This document shows, in pieces, positions 19,220 to 29,363 of a stretch of DNA of 64,000 nt (position 1 is its first letter; each line of letters begins with the position of its first letter). Made by a program: the position numbers and the translations under genes. Source of the stretch: a virus; IMG/VR virus record IMGVR_UViG_3300037782_000115, positions 1 to 64,000 of that record. One strand, 5' to 3'. The notes below the pieces were generated by a model, which was not told where the DNA came from, ran no database searches, and was given only the letters and a program-made list of their open reading frames with translations.

Positions 19220-21304
19220 ATGAAGATCACCGGTGTTCGAGCCAATGGTGTGCGCGGTCAGTCTGTAGACATCAAGATTGACTCATCCCTCACGGCCGTT
19301 GTCGGCAAAATGGGCTCTGGAAAGTCGACCGTTCTTGATTCCATCGCGTTGTGTCTGCTGGTCCCGACAAAGTACGGTAGCCAGGGGCTCGACAGGCTCT
19401 CGCCTACCGGAGCGTGGGCTGTCGACATGTCGTTTGATGACCCGGAGGTCCGCACTCTCAGGAGGTCGGTCGGCAGGACCGGCAGCGCACACGCCGTCAA
19501 TGGTCGAAAGGTCAGTGCCAAAGAATATGCCGAGGCCGTCAAGAAGCTGCTGGACGTCGAGCCGTACCACTGCAACCTGGGCGAGTTTCTGGGCATGTCC
19601 GGTCAGAAACGATCGGAGATGTTCGGAAAGGCGCTTGAGGCCGGCACACACAAGACGGTCGCGGAGGTGCTTGAAGCGGTCGGCGCCATGGGCGTCGATG
19701 AGTTGTTTCGGGCCGAGCTTGGCGACGAGACTGTCGCCGAGGGTGGCGTTGCGGAGATTATTGATCGGCTGACCTCGATCTCTGGCACACCGACCGCGCT
19801 GGTCGATGGCGTTCGCCAGGTCGCCGCTGAGGCGAACCAAGACGACAACAAGGCCACAACCTCCTACGAGAGGCTTGTCGAACAGTCCGGCGGGATTAGC
19901 CACGGCATGGACGCGCCTGAGCTCGAGGCCAGGATACAAGAGGCAGACAAAGAGATTGGCGGCATCGAAGCGAGCATTCGAGATATTGAGCGTGACCGCG
20001 AGAGATATGACGAGGCCGCCAAACTCGTGGAGAGCAAGAAGAGGGACGTCGAGCGACTACACGAGGAGGTCGCGAGGCTCGAAGTGTCGGCGGCTGAGTA
20101 TGGCGATCCGAGCGCGATCAATGAGTCCTACGAGGCCGCCATGGCCGCCGTGGAGTCTCAAAAAGAGGTGGTAGCCGCACACAGAAAGGATTGCGAGCAA
20201 TGCAACGAGAACTGGTTGGTCGAGAGAGAGGCGCTGTCGGTCGCGAAGTCGAAGTTGGACAGCGCCAAGAAGTTGTCGTCGGTAGACCGCTCCGGGATCG
20301 ACCGCAAGTGGGTGCTCTCTCAATACTGTGAGCTTGCGGGCATACCCGACTGCATTGCGCACGAGGAGAACGAGGCGACGGGCAGCCTGTTCAACGGCGT
20401 GGTCGACTTCGCGATCCGGGTCGTTCAGGGTATCCACGGCGGCACAGAGGAGGATCTAGCCGCGGAGTACGCCAGGCGTGATTCTGCCGCCGCCGCCGCA
20501 CAGCAGGCATACGCGGCTTCAAAAGACAATCTCGAGGACGCCGAGCGTGTCCTTCTCGATAAACAGGATGTTGCACAGGACGCCGCCAAACGCCTCGAGG
20601 CCGCTCGCAAGGTCGCCATCGACCTCCCAGAGGCCAGGGCGAAGGCGCAGGCGGCAGCAGAAGATTTGGCGCCTCTCAACCAGGCACTCTCCAGAACAGC
20701 TGTTCCAGAGGACGAGGCCGTGCTCACCGATCAGGTGGCGGCACTAGAAGAAGTCCGTTCTTCTCTCCGAAAGCAGCTCCAGGAGCTCCAGGACAACAAC
20801 GCGATCGTGGGCCAGATCGAAGAGGCACGTCTCAGGAAAGCGGTTGCGTCCGCGGCAGCAAAGGTCGTCAAAGAGGTTCTGGGAATGGTCCAGAATTGGC
20901 GGGACGCCGAAGTCGGCAGGGCGATCGAGGGCGTGATGGCCCCGTTCTCGGATCGGTTCAAGGCCATGTTCGGAGACGGCACCGAGGTCTTCCAACAAAC
21001 CATCGGCACAGGCCGAACAACAGAGTTCAACTTCTCCATCTCCCGGGGTGGCACACACGTACCGCTCGACCTTCTTTCGGATGGCGAGGCTGTGTTGGCC
21101 TCGGCGGCGTTCCTGACGGCGCTCCAGTCGCTCAAGCCAGGTCCGGGCTCGCTCTTGTTGATCCACGACACCGGGCTCGACGACGAGGGGTGTGAACGGT
21201 TCATGTCGGCCGCCTTAAGTCTCGGTGTAGACCACATCTTCATCGCAACCTCAAGGGTCGCCGCAGAATCGGTGGGCGCCGGTTGGCAGGTCGTTCAGAG
21301 ATAG
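19220..21304 (+). CDS. Rad50/SbcC (SMC-like) ATPase
   Basis: Walker A GKMGSGKST, long coiled coil, signature LSDGE, degenerate Walker B LLLIHD. Confidence 0.8.
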   Translation: MKITGVRANGVRGQSVDIKIDSSLTAVVGKMGSGKSTVLDSIALCLLVPTKYGSQGLDRLSPTGAWAVDMSFDDPEVRTLRRSVGRTGSAHAVNGRKVSAKEYAEAVKKLLDVEPYHCNLGEFLGMSGQKRSEMFGKALEAGTHKTVAEVLEAVGAMGVDELFRAELGDETVAEGGVAEIIDRLTSISGTPTALVDGVRQVAAEANQDDNKATTSYERLVEQSGGISHGMDAPELEARIQEADKEIGGIEASIRDIERDRERYDEAAKLVESKKRDVERLHEEVARLEVSAAEYGDPSAINESYEAAMAAVESQKEVVAAHRKDCEQCNENWLVEREALSVAKSKLDSAKKLSSVDRSGIDRKWVLSQYCELAGIPDCIAHEENEATGSLFNGVVDFAIRVVQGIHGGTEEDLAAEYARRDSAAAAAQQAYAASKDNLEDAERVLLDKQDVAQDAAKRLEAARKVAIDLPEARAKAQAAAEDLAPLNQALSRTAVPEDEAVLTDQVAALEEVRSSLRKQLQELQDNNAIVGQIEEARLRKAVASAAAKVVKEVLGMVQNWRDAEVGRAIEGVMAPFSDRFKAMFGDGTEVFQQTIGTGRTTEFNFSISRGGTHVPLDLLSDGEAVLASAAFLTALQSLKPGPGSLLLIHDTGLDDEGCERFMSAALSLGVDHIFIATSRVAAESVGAGWQVVQR

Positions 21305-21315
21305 GGGACCCATCT

Positions 21316-22554
21316 GTGCTAGAAAAACTGCAACAAATCATATCAGAATCTCAACTTGTCCAGGGTGGCTTGGTCATTATGGCGATGACGTGGATTGGGT
21401 ACCAACTCAGGTCCATTCCGACCAAGGTAATGAGGCTGCTCAGGACGCAGTTCACTCGAACCATTCAGATCCGAGACAAGTCGGCCCTGTACGACGAGTG
21501 GTTACAGTACGTGACCGAGAACGCGGTACGAAGGGATGGACCGAGGTCGATCGAGTTCAGGGCGAGGTTTCCACATGGCCCAAGCGATAGCCCGAGGACA
21601 CCAAAGCAGATCGCGTTCGCGGCTGGCGACGGTTCGTTTGTGGCCAAGCTCGCTGGGAAATACTGTCTTGTCACCGTCGGCACAGACACAAGGGCCGGCA
21701 CCCCAACAACAGAGGTGAATCACGCCCCGAAGATACTCACGATCGAGGCGTTGTTTGGCAAAAAGAGTAGCATGAACAGGATGAGGTCTTGTGTCGAGAC
21801 AATGGCCAACATCCACCACAACCGCCTTGTGGTGGATGTTGCCGGCAGGCACGGTATGTTGAACCGAATCCATCTGCCCAAGCGGGACCCGAAGACACTA
21901 TGCCTACCTGCGGGCATGTATGAAAGCCTCGAAACAAAGCTCTCTGCGTTCCTGAAAAGCAAAGAACTCTACAACAGACTTGGTGTGCCGTGGAGGTACG
22001 GGGTTCTGCTCCAGGGAGACCCGGGTACCGGGAAGACGTCGATCGCCCAGGCGTTGGCGTCCGAGTTGTCGGCTCGCCTGAAAATGATCCCGCTCTCTGA
22101 AATGGACTCAGACAGCGCCTTGTCACAACAGTTCATGGGTGAAGACCATCGCGTGGTGTACTTGATCGAAGATGTCGATTGCGCCTTCATAGAGCGCAAG
22201 CAGGCCAACATGACTTATGGTGTCACGATGGCTGGGTTGTTGAACGCAATCGATGGCGTTGCGTCTCCACAGAACGGTCGGATTCTGATCATGACGACCA
22301 ACCACCCTGAAAAGCTGGACCCCGCGCTTGTGCGATCGCGAAGGGTCGACGCCACTATCACTGTGCCGCACATCTCGCCTGCCGATGCGGCCGCATACGC
22401 GAGCAGGATGTTCCCGGGTGACCCTGAAATGCAACGCTTTATTCGTGACATGGTGGCCACAAGAGAGAAGGTGTCTGGCGCCGACCTTGCTACGGCGGTT
22501 ATGGACAGGGTTTCTGGCTGTTCTACACAAGCCGTGGACCTCGCTATCGCATAG
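21316..22554 (+). CDS. BCS1-like membrane-anchored AAA+ ATPase
   Basis: N-terminal TM; GVLLQGDPGTGKTS, IEDVDC, GLLNAIDGV, IMTTNHPEKLDPALVRSRRVD. Confidence 0.8.
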   Translation: MLEKLQQIISESQLVQGGLVIMAMTWIGYQLRSIPTKVMRLLRTQFTRTIQIRDKSALYDEWLQYVTENAVRRDGPRSIEFRARFPHGPSDSPRTPKQIAFAAGDGSFVAKLAGKYCLVTVGTDTRAGTPTTEVNHAPKILTIEALFGKKSSMNRMRSCVETMANIHHNRLVVDVAGRHGMLNRIHLPKRDPKTLCLPAGMYESLETKLSAFLKSKELYNRLGVPWRYGVLLQGDPGTGKTSIAQALASELSARLKMIPLSEMDSDSALSQQFMGEDHRVVYLIEDVDCAFIERKQANMTYGVTMAGLLNAIDGVASPQNGRILIMTTNHPEKLDPALVRSRRVDATITVPHISPADAAAYASRMFPGDPEMQRFIRDMVATREKVSGADLATAVMDRVSGCSTQAVDLAIA

Positions 22555-22578
22555 GGGAAGACCAAAAGGAGTCTCGCA

Positions 22579-24306
22579 ATGAGTATCGAATTCGCCTACG
22601 GCCTCGATCTTCCTGATGATGCTGTCACGCAGACAATCGCTTTCATCGGCCGCAAAGGTTCGGGCAAGACCCACTCGGCGGGCAAGCTCGTTGAGGGCAT
22701 GGCCGGCATCGGTGCGCAGGTTGTTGTCGTTGACCCCATCGGTGTCCACTGGGGCTACCGGCTATCGGCCAGCGGCAAGGGCAAGGGTATCGACATCCCG
22801 ATCTTTGGTGGCGGGCACGGGGACCTCCCGCTCTCGGACACGTCTGGGTCGATCATCGCCGACTTCGCGGTCAACGAGCGGCGGTCGATGGTGCTGGATA
22901 TCAGCCAGTTCCGCAAAGCCCCCCGGTGCCGTTTCGTGACCGCGTTCGCTGAGCAGTTGTTCCACATCAAGAAAACCAGCCGAACCCCTATTCACATTGT
23001 GCTCGAAGAGGCGCACATGTTCATTCCGCAGAACAAGATGCGGGGCGAAGAGGGCATGGTCGGCGCGTGGGAGGACATCATCAGGCTGGGCAGAAACTAC
23101 GGGATCGGTGTCACGATGATCTCCCAGCGCCCGCAATCGATCAACAAGGAGGTGTTGAACCAGACCGAATGCCTGGTGCTCCACCAGCTGGTTGGGAGTC
23201 ACGAGCGTAAGGCGATCAAAGAGTGGGTGGTCAGCAAGGGTGAGGACACATCAAAGATCGCCGACGATCTCCCGTCTCTGGAAACCGGAGAAGCGTTCCT
23301 GTGGAGCCCTGGGTGGCTGCGGGAGTTCAAGAAGATCAGGGTCAAGAAGAAGAAGACCTACGACTCGTCGAGCACGCCGACGGCGGACGGTGACTACTCA
23401 GCAGAGACCAGGCCGCTAGCCGCGATCGAGATCAAGAACCTGACGTCCGCCATGGAGTCTGTCGCAGCCGAGGCTGTAGAGAACGACCCCAAGAGGCTCA
23501 AGGCTGAGAACGCCCGGCTCAAGAAAACGATCGAGGAGTTGAAGAACGCAAAGCCTGTTGTTGACGAGACGCAAATCAAAGAGGCTGTGGCGAAGGTCCT
23601 GGACGCCGCGAGGCATGAGCTTGAGCGGTCGTCTCTGGCGTTGTTCGATCGGATCAGAACCGAGCTCGATAGCTGCGAAAAAAGCATGGTCAAGACGCTC
23701 GGCGGCCAAGAGTTTGGCAAGAAGCTCGTTGCGGGCATCCCGATTGCAAACATTCCAATCCAGCGAGTTCCCGTGGCGGCGAGAAGTGTGCAGCCCAAGG
23801 GGTCCAGCCCGTCATATCTCGATAACAAGCCCTCGAAGAAGGCCGCGGAGTTCGCCGGATCGCCGCTTCCCAAGGGCCAGGCCAAGATTCTGGCCGCGAC
23901 GATACAGAACGGCACGGTCAGCCGAGAGCAACTGACTGTACTCACCGGCTACAAGAAGTCGAGCCGGGACGCGTACATACTCAGGCTTAAGAACAGGGGC
24001 ATGCTTGAAGACTCTGGCAGCGAGCTTGTTGCAACACAAGAGGGAATAGATGCGATGCCGAATGTCGAGCCGCTGCCGACCGGCGCCGAGCTTCGAGAGC
24101 ACTGGCTCGGGACACTCCCTGTCGGTGAGGCCGCCGTCCTGTCCCTGGTTATTGAGGCGTACCCAGAGGCTGTGGACCGAGACGAGATCACCGAGAAAAC
24201 CGGCTACAAGAAGTCGAGTCGGGACGCTTACATTCTGAGGCTCAAGGCGAAGAAGCTGTTGGTGGCTTCTGGTAGCGATGTTGTCGCGTCCGATCATCTG
24301 TTCTGA
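22579..24306 (+). CDS. HerA/FtsK-like (DUF87-type) P-loop ATPase with tandem C-terminal wHTH domains
   Basis: GRKGSGKT, VDPIG, LEEAH.F.PQ, GRNYGIG...SQRP, coiled coil, duplicated TGYKKSSRDAYILRLK. Confidence 0.8.
   Translation: MSIEFAYGLDLPDDAVTQTIAFIGRKGSGKTHSAGKLVEGMAGIGAQVVVVDPIGVHWGYRLSASGKGKGIDIPIFGGGHGDLPLSDTSGSIIADFAVNERRSMVLDISQFRKAPRCRFVTAFAEQLFHIKKTSRTPIHIVLEEAHMFIPQNKMRGEEGMVGAWEDIIRLGRNYGIGVTMISQRPQSINKEVLNQTECLVLHQLVGSHERKAIKEWVVSKGEDTSKIADDLPSLETGEAFLWSPGWLREFKKIRVKKKKTYDSSSTPTADGDYSAETRPLAAIEIKNLTSAMESVAAEAVENDPKRLKAENARLKKTIEELKNAKPVVDETQIKEAVAKVLDAARHELERSSLALFDRIRTELDSCEKSMVKTLGGQEFGKKLVAGIPIANIPIQRVPVAARSVQPKGSSPSYLDNKPSKKAAEFAGSPLPKGQAKILAATIQNGTVSREQLTVLTGYKKSSRDAYILRLKNRGMLEDSGSELVATQEGIDAMPNVEPLPTGAELREHWLGTLPVGEAAVLSLVIEAYPEAVDRDEITEKTGYKKSSRDAYILRLKAKKLLVASGSDVVASDHLF
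23944..24246 (+). repeat. Intragenic 48-nt imperfect direct repeat (23944-23991 and 24199-24246)
   Basis: Both copies encode TGYKKSSRDAYILRLK with synonymous differences. Confidence 0.85.
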
Positions 24307-24322
24307 GAAAAAGGGGCACAGC

Positions 24323-24697
24323 GTGGAACACGGTAAAGCTGAAGTGACCATTGAGGCCAACGACACGAAGGCCGCCGAGTCGGTGAATCGCGTGACTAGA
24401 TCGGCCGAAGAGGCTGCGGTCGGCGTCGCAGCATCCGCGGCGCGTAAGTACCTGGACACGTTCGCCGAGTATAAGAGGCTCCTCGAGAAGGCCAATATTC
24501 TGCGGCAGTCGGTTTCCGAGGACCCGAAAGAGGAGAAGCCCTTCACGATAATGAAAGACAACGAACTCATGGGCCTGCTCCTGAACAAGGGTGGCGGGAT
24601 GCAGATCTCAAATCGCGCTGTTCTCCTGCTTGCTGAGCATTACGAACAGTTGGCCGAAGAGCTCCGCCAGCAGCTGGTACAGGAGGCCCGCGAATGA
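24323..24697 (+). CDS. Hypothetical protein
   Basis: GTG start after AAGGGG; ATGA overlap with next gene. Confidence 0.6.
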   Translation: MEHGKAEVTIEANDTKAAESVNRVTRSAEEAAVGVAASAARKYLDTFAEYKRLLEKANILRQSVSEDPKEEKPFTIMKDNELMGLLLNKGGGMQISNRAVLLLAEHYEQLAEELRQQLVQEARE

Positions 24698-25962
24698 AGG
24701 TGAATCTTGACGTCATCAAACCACGTGGATGCGGCAGGACAGACATCGAGTGGGCGGACTACACCGCGAACCCGATCCGGGCGGTCGATCGCAAGACCGG
24801 CGAGGTTGGCTGGGGATGCCGGAAGTGCTCGCCCGGCTGCGCGAACTGCTACGCGGCCGATATCAACAACCGATTTGGCACGCGCCATCCGTTCACCGCG
24901 GCCGGCCTGGCCCATATCGATCAGGTCCTCGACGAGGGCGTTCTTCAGCGGCTGATGACATTCAGGCCGCGAGGGCCGTTCAAGAACGGCCGCGGGCGTC
25001 CGATCGTGTTCCTGGGCGACATGATGGACCTATTCTACGGGGACGACGCGGACCGGGCGGCGCACGAGGCGGTGCGGGAGCGCGCAATCGAGGCGGCGAT
25101 GAACGGCCCGGCGGCGATGAACCGGGATCAGGCCACGGCTTACGTTGCCTTCCCGGACTTCGCCCCGGTCCCGTTCGAGATGATCGATCAGATCCTCGCA
25201 GTGGCGGTGCTGAGACCGGATATCGACTTCCTGATTCTGACAAAGCGGCCCGGCCGGGCGGTGGAGTATTTCAATGATAGTCGTGGGCCTAGTGATGGGT
25301 TTGGCTGGCACTTTTCGCCCACTCATCGGAGAGTGGAGATAGCGAGCAACAATATCGCCGAATCGCGCCGTCGAGACGGGATCGACGAGAGCAACTGGAA
25401 CAATGCCTGGCCCCTACCCAACGTCTGGCTCGGGGCGAGCTGTGAGGATCAGGCGGCGGCGGATGAGCGGATCCCGCATCTTCTGCGGTGTCCGGCGGCG
25501 GTGCGGTTCCTGTCATGCGAGCCGCTGATCGGGGCGGTGGATCTATCGCGGCCGCTGCGCATTGAGCACAGTGATGTCGCAGGCTGGATCCACTCGCCGC
25601 ACTGGTACACCGATGGGCCTCGCATTGATTGGGTGATTGTCGGCGGGGAGAGCGGGAAGGGGGCGCGGCTTAGCGACGTCTCATGGCATCGGTCGCTACG
25701 GGATCAGTGCCGAGCGGCCGGCGTCCCGTTCTACGAGAAGCAGCTGGGCGAGCGGGCTGGGATAACCGTCGATGAAACCGTGTCTGGAAAGGCGCTCAAA
25801 AACTCATACGTCCGAGGGTGTGGTTTCTGGCCGGTAGGCAACCCCTACGCAGACGAGAACGACTGGATACTCAAGATAAAGGACCGTAAGGGCGGCGACC
25901 CGAGCGAGTGGCCCGAGGATCTGCGTGTGCGGGAGATGCCGGGAGGACACGGATGCCGCTGA
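24694..25962 (+). CDS. DUF5131 (phage Gp37/Gp68-like) protein
   Basis: TDIEW, GC.KCSPGCANCYA, LTKRP, NVWLG, FLSCEPL, WVIVGGESG, KQLG, KGGDP.EWP. Confidence 0.9.
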   Translation: MKVNLDVIKPRGCGRTDIEWADYTANPIRAVDRKTGEVGWGCRKCSPGCANCYAADINNRFGTRHPFTAAGLAHIDQVLDEGVLQRLMTFRPRGPFKNGRGRPIVFLGDMMDLFYGDDADRAAHEAVRERAIEAAMNGPAAMNRDQATAYVAFPDFAPVPFEMIDQILAVAVLRPDIDFLILTKRPGRAVEYFNDSRGPSDGFGWHFSPTHRRVEIASNNIAESRRRDGIDESNWNNAWPLPNVWLGASCEDQAAADERIPHLLRCPAAVRFLSCEPLIGAVDLSRPLRIEHSDVAGWIHSPHWYTDGPRIDWVIVGGESGKGARLSDVSWHRSLRDQCRAAGVPFYEKQLGERAGITVDETVSGKALKNSYVRGCGFWPVGNPYADENDWILKIKDRKGGDPSEWPEDLRVREMPGGHGCR

Positions 25963-27626
25963 CCGAAAGCCAGGAGAGGGCGGCCCAACACGCCGGCCCC
26001 GCCGTGTTCGTGATCGCCGGCCCCGGTTCGGGCAAGACCCACACCATGGTCTCGTCGATTGCTGGGCGGGTGGGCAGGGGTGTCGACCCTTCACGGATCA
26101 TGGTGGTGACGTTCACCCGGCTCGCCGCTAGGCAGATGCGAGAGCGGCTGCACAAGGCGGGTGTTCGTGGCGTGACGATCGGGACGTTCCACTCGATCTG
26201 CTACCAAATTGTCCGCACCAGGTGGAGAGAGCTCGGATTCGCCAGCGAGGCGATCCAGGTTATTGATCAGGTGGCGCAAGAGGCGGTGATCAAAGAGGCG
26301 ATTGCGATGTCGTCCAAGAAGCCGTCGAAGGCCGCGGTGATGCGAGAGCTCGACCGACTCTCTCGTGGGGAAGCCGATGGTGAGCGTGACGCTGCGGTGG
26401 CTTCGGTCGTTTCCTCATACATGCGCACGCTCCGGCTCAGCAACGCGATGGACTACTTCACCGTGCCCTACACGGCCATCAAAACGGCTTCTGAAACCCC
26501 GCTGCCCTACACGCATATCTACGTCGACGAGGCCCAGGACCTCGACAGGGCGCAGTGGTCGCTCTTTCGTTGCAGCAAGGTCGAAATGCTGTTCGCCGTC
26601 GGCGACCCTGACCAGCTTCTCTACAGCTGGCGAGGGGCGGACCCGAGGCTGTTGCAAGAACAGATCGACGTCTGGGACGCGGACACTGTTGTGCTCGAGG
26701 AGAACTTCCGTAGCGGCCGGCTGATCGGCGAGGCCGCAGACAAGGTGATTGCCCAGAACAAGATGCGCGTCGACAAGAAGATCGTCCCAGCCCTTGATTT
26801 CGACGGCGGGGTCGAGTTTGTCAGCGAGGACGGCGTTGCAGAAGCAGTACAGAAGTCAGTGTCTGAGGGCCATTCGGTTGCAGTAATCGGCCGGACACAC
26901 ATGGCCCTGTCGGGCGTGAACGGCGCCCTGATGAACGCCGGCATCCACACGAGGCTTGTATCGGCGGGACAGAAGCTGATGCAGAGAGAAGACATCAGAA
27001 CGCTGCTGGCGATGGTGGGGCTCCCGGACATGCCAAACGCGGAGCTTGCCAGTCGCGCGGTTTGGGCGAAACACGGCATGAACAAGATCGATATCGAGCG
27101 AGGGATCGCCAGGTGCAAGAGGGCCAGGGAGACATTCCTGAGCTTCACCCTCGAGCGTCTGCCGGGCCTTGCTCGTGTGTATGAGGACACTAAGGACTCG
27201 GGCCTGATTGAGAAGGTGATGGCGTGCGCCGAGTACATGCGCGGCCTTACCGGCAGCATCAGCAAAGAGGACGAGAGTGGCTTCATCCGTCTTGTTTCCA
27301 GGTTTGTGAGACAGCACCCCTGGAAGGAACGAACTGGCGACCGGCTCGTCGCCTGGATGAACATCCAGGACGAGTCTGAGGAGGCCATGGCTGACGACGG
27401 AATCCCCGTGATGACCATTCATGCGAGCAAGGGTCTCGAGTTCGATTGTGTGGTCCTCTGTGGGCTCGACGACCGGACGATGCCGATCAAATCGGCTCAC
27501 AACGACGAGGAGAGGATGGAAGAAGAGCGCCGCCTTATGTTCGTGGCGATGACCAGGGCGCGGTCGAGACTTGTGCTCGTGACTCCCGCCGAGAACCCCA
27601 GCAGGTTCCTCGCCGATATCCAGTGA
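25953..27626 (+). CDS. UvrD/Rep/PcrA-family SF1 helicase
   Basis: AGPGSGKT, TFT, TFHS, VDEAQD, VGDPDQ..YSWRGA, NFRS, TIHASKGLEF, EERRL.FVAMTRAR; GGAGG RBS. Confidence 0.95.
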   Translation: MPLTESQERAAQHAGPAVFVIAGPGSGKTHTMVSSIAGRVGRGVDPSRIMVVTFTRLAARQMRERLHKAGVRGVTIGTFHSICYQIVRTRWRELGFASEAIQVIDQVAQEAVIKEAIAMSSKKPSKAAVMRELDRLSRGEADGERDAAVASVVSSYMRTLRLSNAMDYFTVPYTAIKTASETPLPYTHIYVDEAQDLDRAQWSLFRCSKVEMLFAVGDPDQLLYSWRGADPRLLQEQIDVWDADTVVLEENFRSGRLIGEAADKVIAQNKMRVDKKIVPALDFDGGVEFVSEDGVAEAVQKSVSEGHSVAVIGRTHMALSGVNGALMNAGIHTRLVSAGQKLMQREDIRTLLAMVGLPDMPNAELASRAVWAKHGMNKIDIERGIARCKRARETFLSFTLERLPGLARVYEDTKDSGLIEKVMACAEYMRGLTGSISKEDESGFIRLVSRFVRQHPWKERTGDRLVAWMNIQDESEEAMADDGIPVMTIHASKGLEFDCVVLCGLDDRTMPIKSAHNDEERMEEERRLMFVAMTRARSRLVLVTPAENPSRFLADIQ

Positions 27627-28108
27627 GCAAGAAGCAGTTCAAGCCGTGGAACGTGAGGCTGGAGCGGGCCACCGAGCTCAACACCCTTGTCGTGCGCGTG
27701 CAGAGGCGGATGCGGCGAGAGGGCGTCTATGTCCACCGCGTTCTTGTTCGATACATCGTGTACCTCACGCTCAACACGGTGACCCAGAAGCCTCCCAGGG
27801 AGCGACAGAAGTTCATCGACCGATGGGCACGCGGCGAGTACCAGTACAACGCAGGACGCCTTGAGCGTCTGTATAAGACGATCCGGAAGCGGTACAGCAG
27901 GGAGTGGTTTGAGACCCCGCGAGTGAGGGTGCTTTGGAGGGCGAGGATGACGTCGAACAAGGGCACCAGGCAGCCGAAGCTGCGATACAAATGGTTGAAC
28001 GACCGGGACACCGTTATTCTCGAAGAGATTCGCGACGATGCCGCGCTGCGGGGCGACGGCGAGTGTGTCCAGGTTGTGGATAAGTTGTTGAAGAACTTGA
28101 GGGCATAA
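27623..28108 (+). CDS. Arg-rich hypothetical protein
   Basis: GTGA overlap with helicase stop; basic 161 aa. Confidence 0.55.
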   Translation: MSKKQFKPWNVRLERATELNTLVVRVQRRMRREGVYVHRVLVRYIVYLTLNTVTQKPPRERQKFIDRWARGEYQYNAGRLERLYKTIRKRYSREWFETPRVRVLWRARMTSNKGTRQPKLRYKWLNDRDTVILEEIRDDAALRGDGECVQVVDKLLKNLRA

Positions 28109-28235
28109 TTCGCACGATCGCGGCCGTCGTGTCTCTTCGCGATCGGCACACGATATGTGGTGCGACCATCGGACGAACACAAAACCGTTTTCATTTGGGC
28201 TTCATCTCCGCTTGACGCGGACCGCCAGATCGACG

Positions 28236-28268
28236 AAAAAACACCGCGACACTTGCGTGCCGCGGTGT
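28236..28268 (-). terminator. Minus-strand intrinsic terminator
   Basis: Minus strand ACACCGCGGCAC-GCAA-GTGTCGCGGTGT-TTTTT (GNRA loop, G-U pair, U tract). Confidence 0.65.
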
Positions 28269-28313
28269 ACCGAGCTTCATCCCAAGGACAGAGATTAGCC
28301 AGGAGTCTCGCTC

Positions 28314-29162
28314 ATGAGGTTACCATGGATTCCCATGGATGTCTACCGACGTCTGTCGCCCAAATCTGTTAAAATTCTCTGCCTTGTGGCGGGGTCGTCG
28401 TCCCGGGGCCGGCTCAGGATAGGGCTCTGGGACCTGGCCTCGAGAGCCGCAATGAGCGAGTCTACCGCCCGACGGGCCATTCGAGAGCTGGCTGAACACG
28501 GCCTGCTCGAGTTCCAGTCAAGCACCGCGGGCTATCGGTTTCTGATCCCGTACACCAAGAGGTTCACGCACGTGCCCTCTGCGCGGCTCTCCCTGCTCAT
28601 GGCGCTCTCCCCGACGGCGATCAAGGTACTCGTATCGGTCTGCCGCGCCCTCCAGCCGTCGAGGTCGGTCCGCATGAAGGTCCAAACGATATCCGATCGC
28701 ATCGGCCGGTCCGTGAGGATGGTGCATCTCGCGCTCACCGAGATCCGACGCTCAGGCGTGGGCTGGACGATTCGGACCGGACGATCCAGCATCATCGTTG
28801 TTGAGCCCGATCAGCCGAATCTCTTTCGGTCACAGATTGCGCAACGGTCCCAGCACCTGTTGCGCATCCTATCTTCTATCCCAAGAAATGAGCTAATCAG
28901 CACGATAAGCAAGCTTGGCTGTAAGGACACGACCAACTCAGTAAGAGACCGCCACCCGGAAACCAGATCAAGCGAGCGGTGGGTATTTGAAGCCCTTCGC
29001 AATCTCAAGATCAGCCGGGACCGGGCAAACGTCTTGATGAGCATGCATGACACGAACGAGCTTGTGCACGCGATCGATCTTCTGGCCGGTAGAAGATGCA
29101 AGGACGCATACTTATTCATAACCCGGTCTATATCTTGTGGGTGGTGCCGCTGGTCGGCCTAG
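28314..29162 (+). CDS. Tandem HTH protein, probable replication initiator-like
   Basis: AGGAG RBS; two wHTH units (LASRAAMSESTARRAIRELAEHGLL; ISDRIGRSVRMVHLALTEI) and short helical C-domain. Confidence 0.6.
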   Translation: MRLPWIPMDVYRRLSPKSVKILCLVAGSSSRGRLRIGLWDLASRAAMSESTARRAIRELAEHGLLEFQSSTAGYRFLIPYTKRFTHVPSARLSLLMALSPTAIKVLVSVCRALQPSRSVRMKVQTISDRIGRSVRMVHLALTEIRRSGVGWTIRTGRSSIIVVEPDQPNLFRSQIAQRSQHLLRILSSIPRNELISTISKLGCKDTTNSVRDRHPETRSSERWVFEALRNLKISRDRANVLMSMHDTNELVHAIDLLAGRRCKDAYLFITRSISCGWCRWSA

Positions 29163-29189
29163 ACCATAGACTGCACGCAGGAGGCCACC

Positions 29190-29363
29190 ATGAACAGCGA
29201 ACGAGAAGACCGAGAGAAGAGGAAGACGGCCTACGACGAGGTCCAGGCCATGAAGTTGGCGGCGGAGAGCGCCTGCTGCGAGCATGGTCGGGGACGAGCG
29301 ACGAAGGTCGAGCGGGCCGTGAACAAGGCCCGCTTCAAGCAGCGGCGCAGGCGGTCTCGGTGA
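29190..29363 (+). CDS. Small basic hypothetical protein (57 aa, not in ORF track)
   Basis: AGGAGG RBS; MNSEREDREKRK...ESACCEHG...KQRRRRSR*. Confidence 0.6.
   Translation: MNSEREDREKRKTAYDEVQAMKLAAESACCEHGRGRATKVERAVNKARFKQRRRRSR

Noticed and set aside
28212-28240. TTGACG as a -35 for the initiator-like gene
   Set aside because: No credible -10 at 16-18 nt spacing
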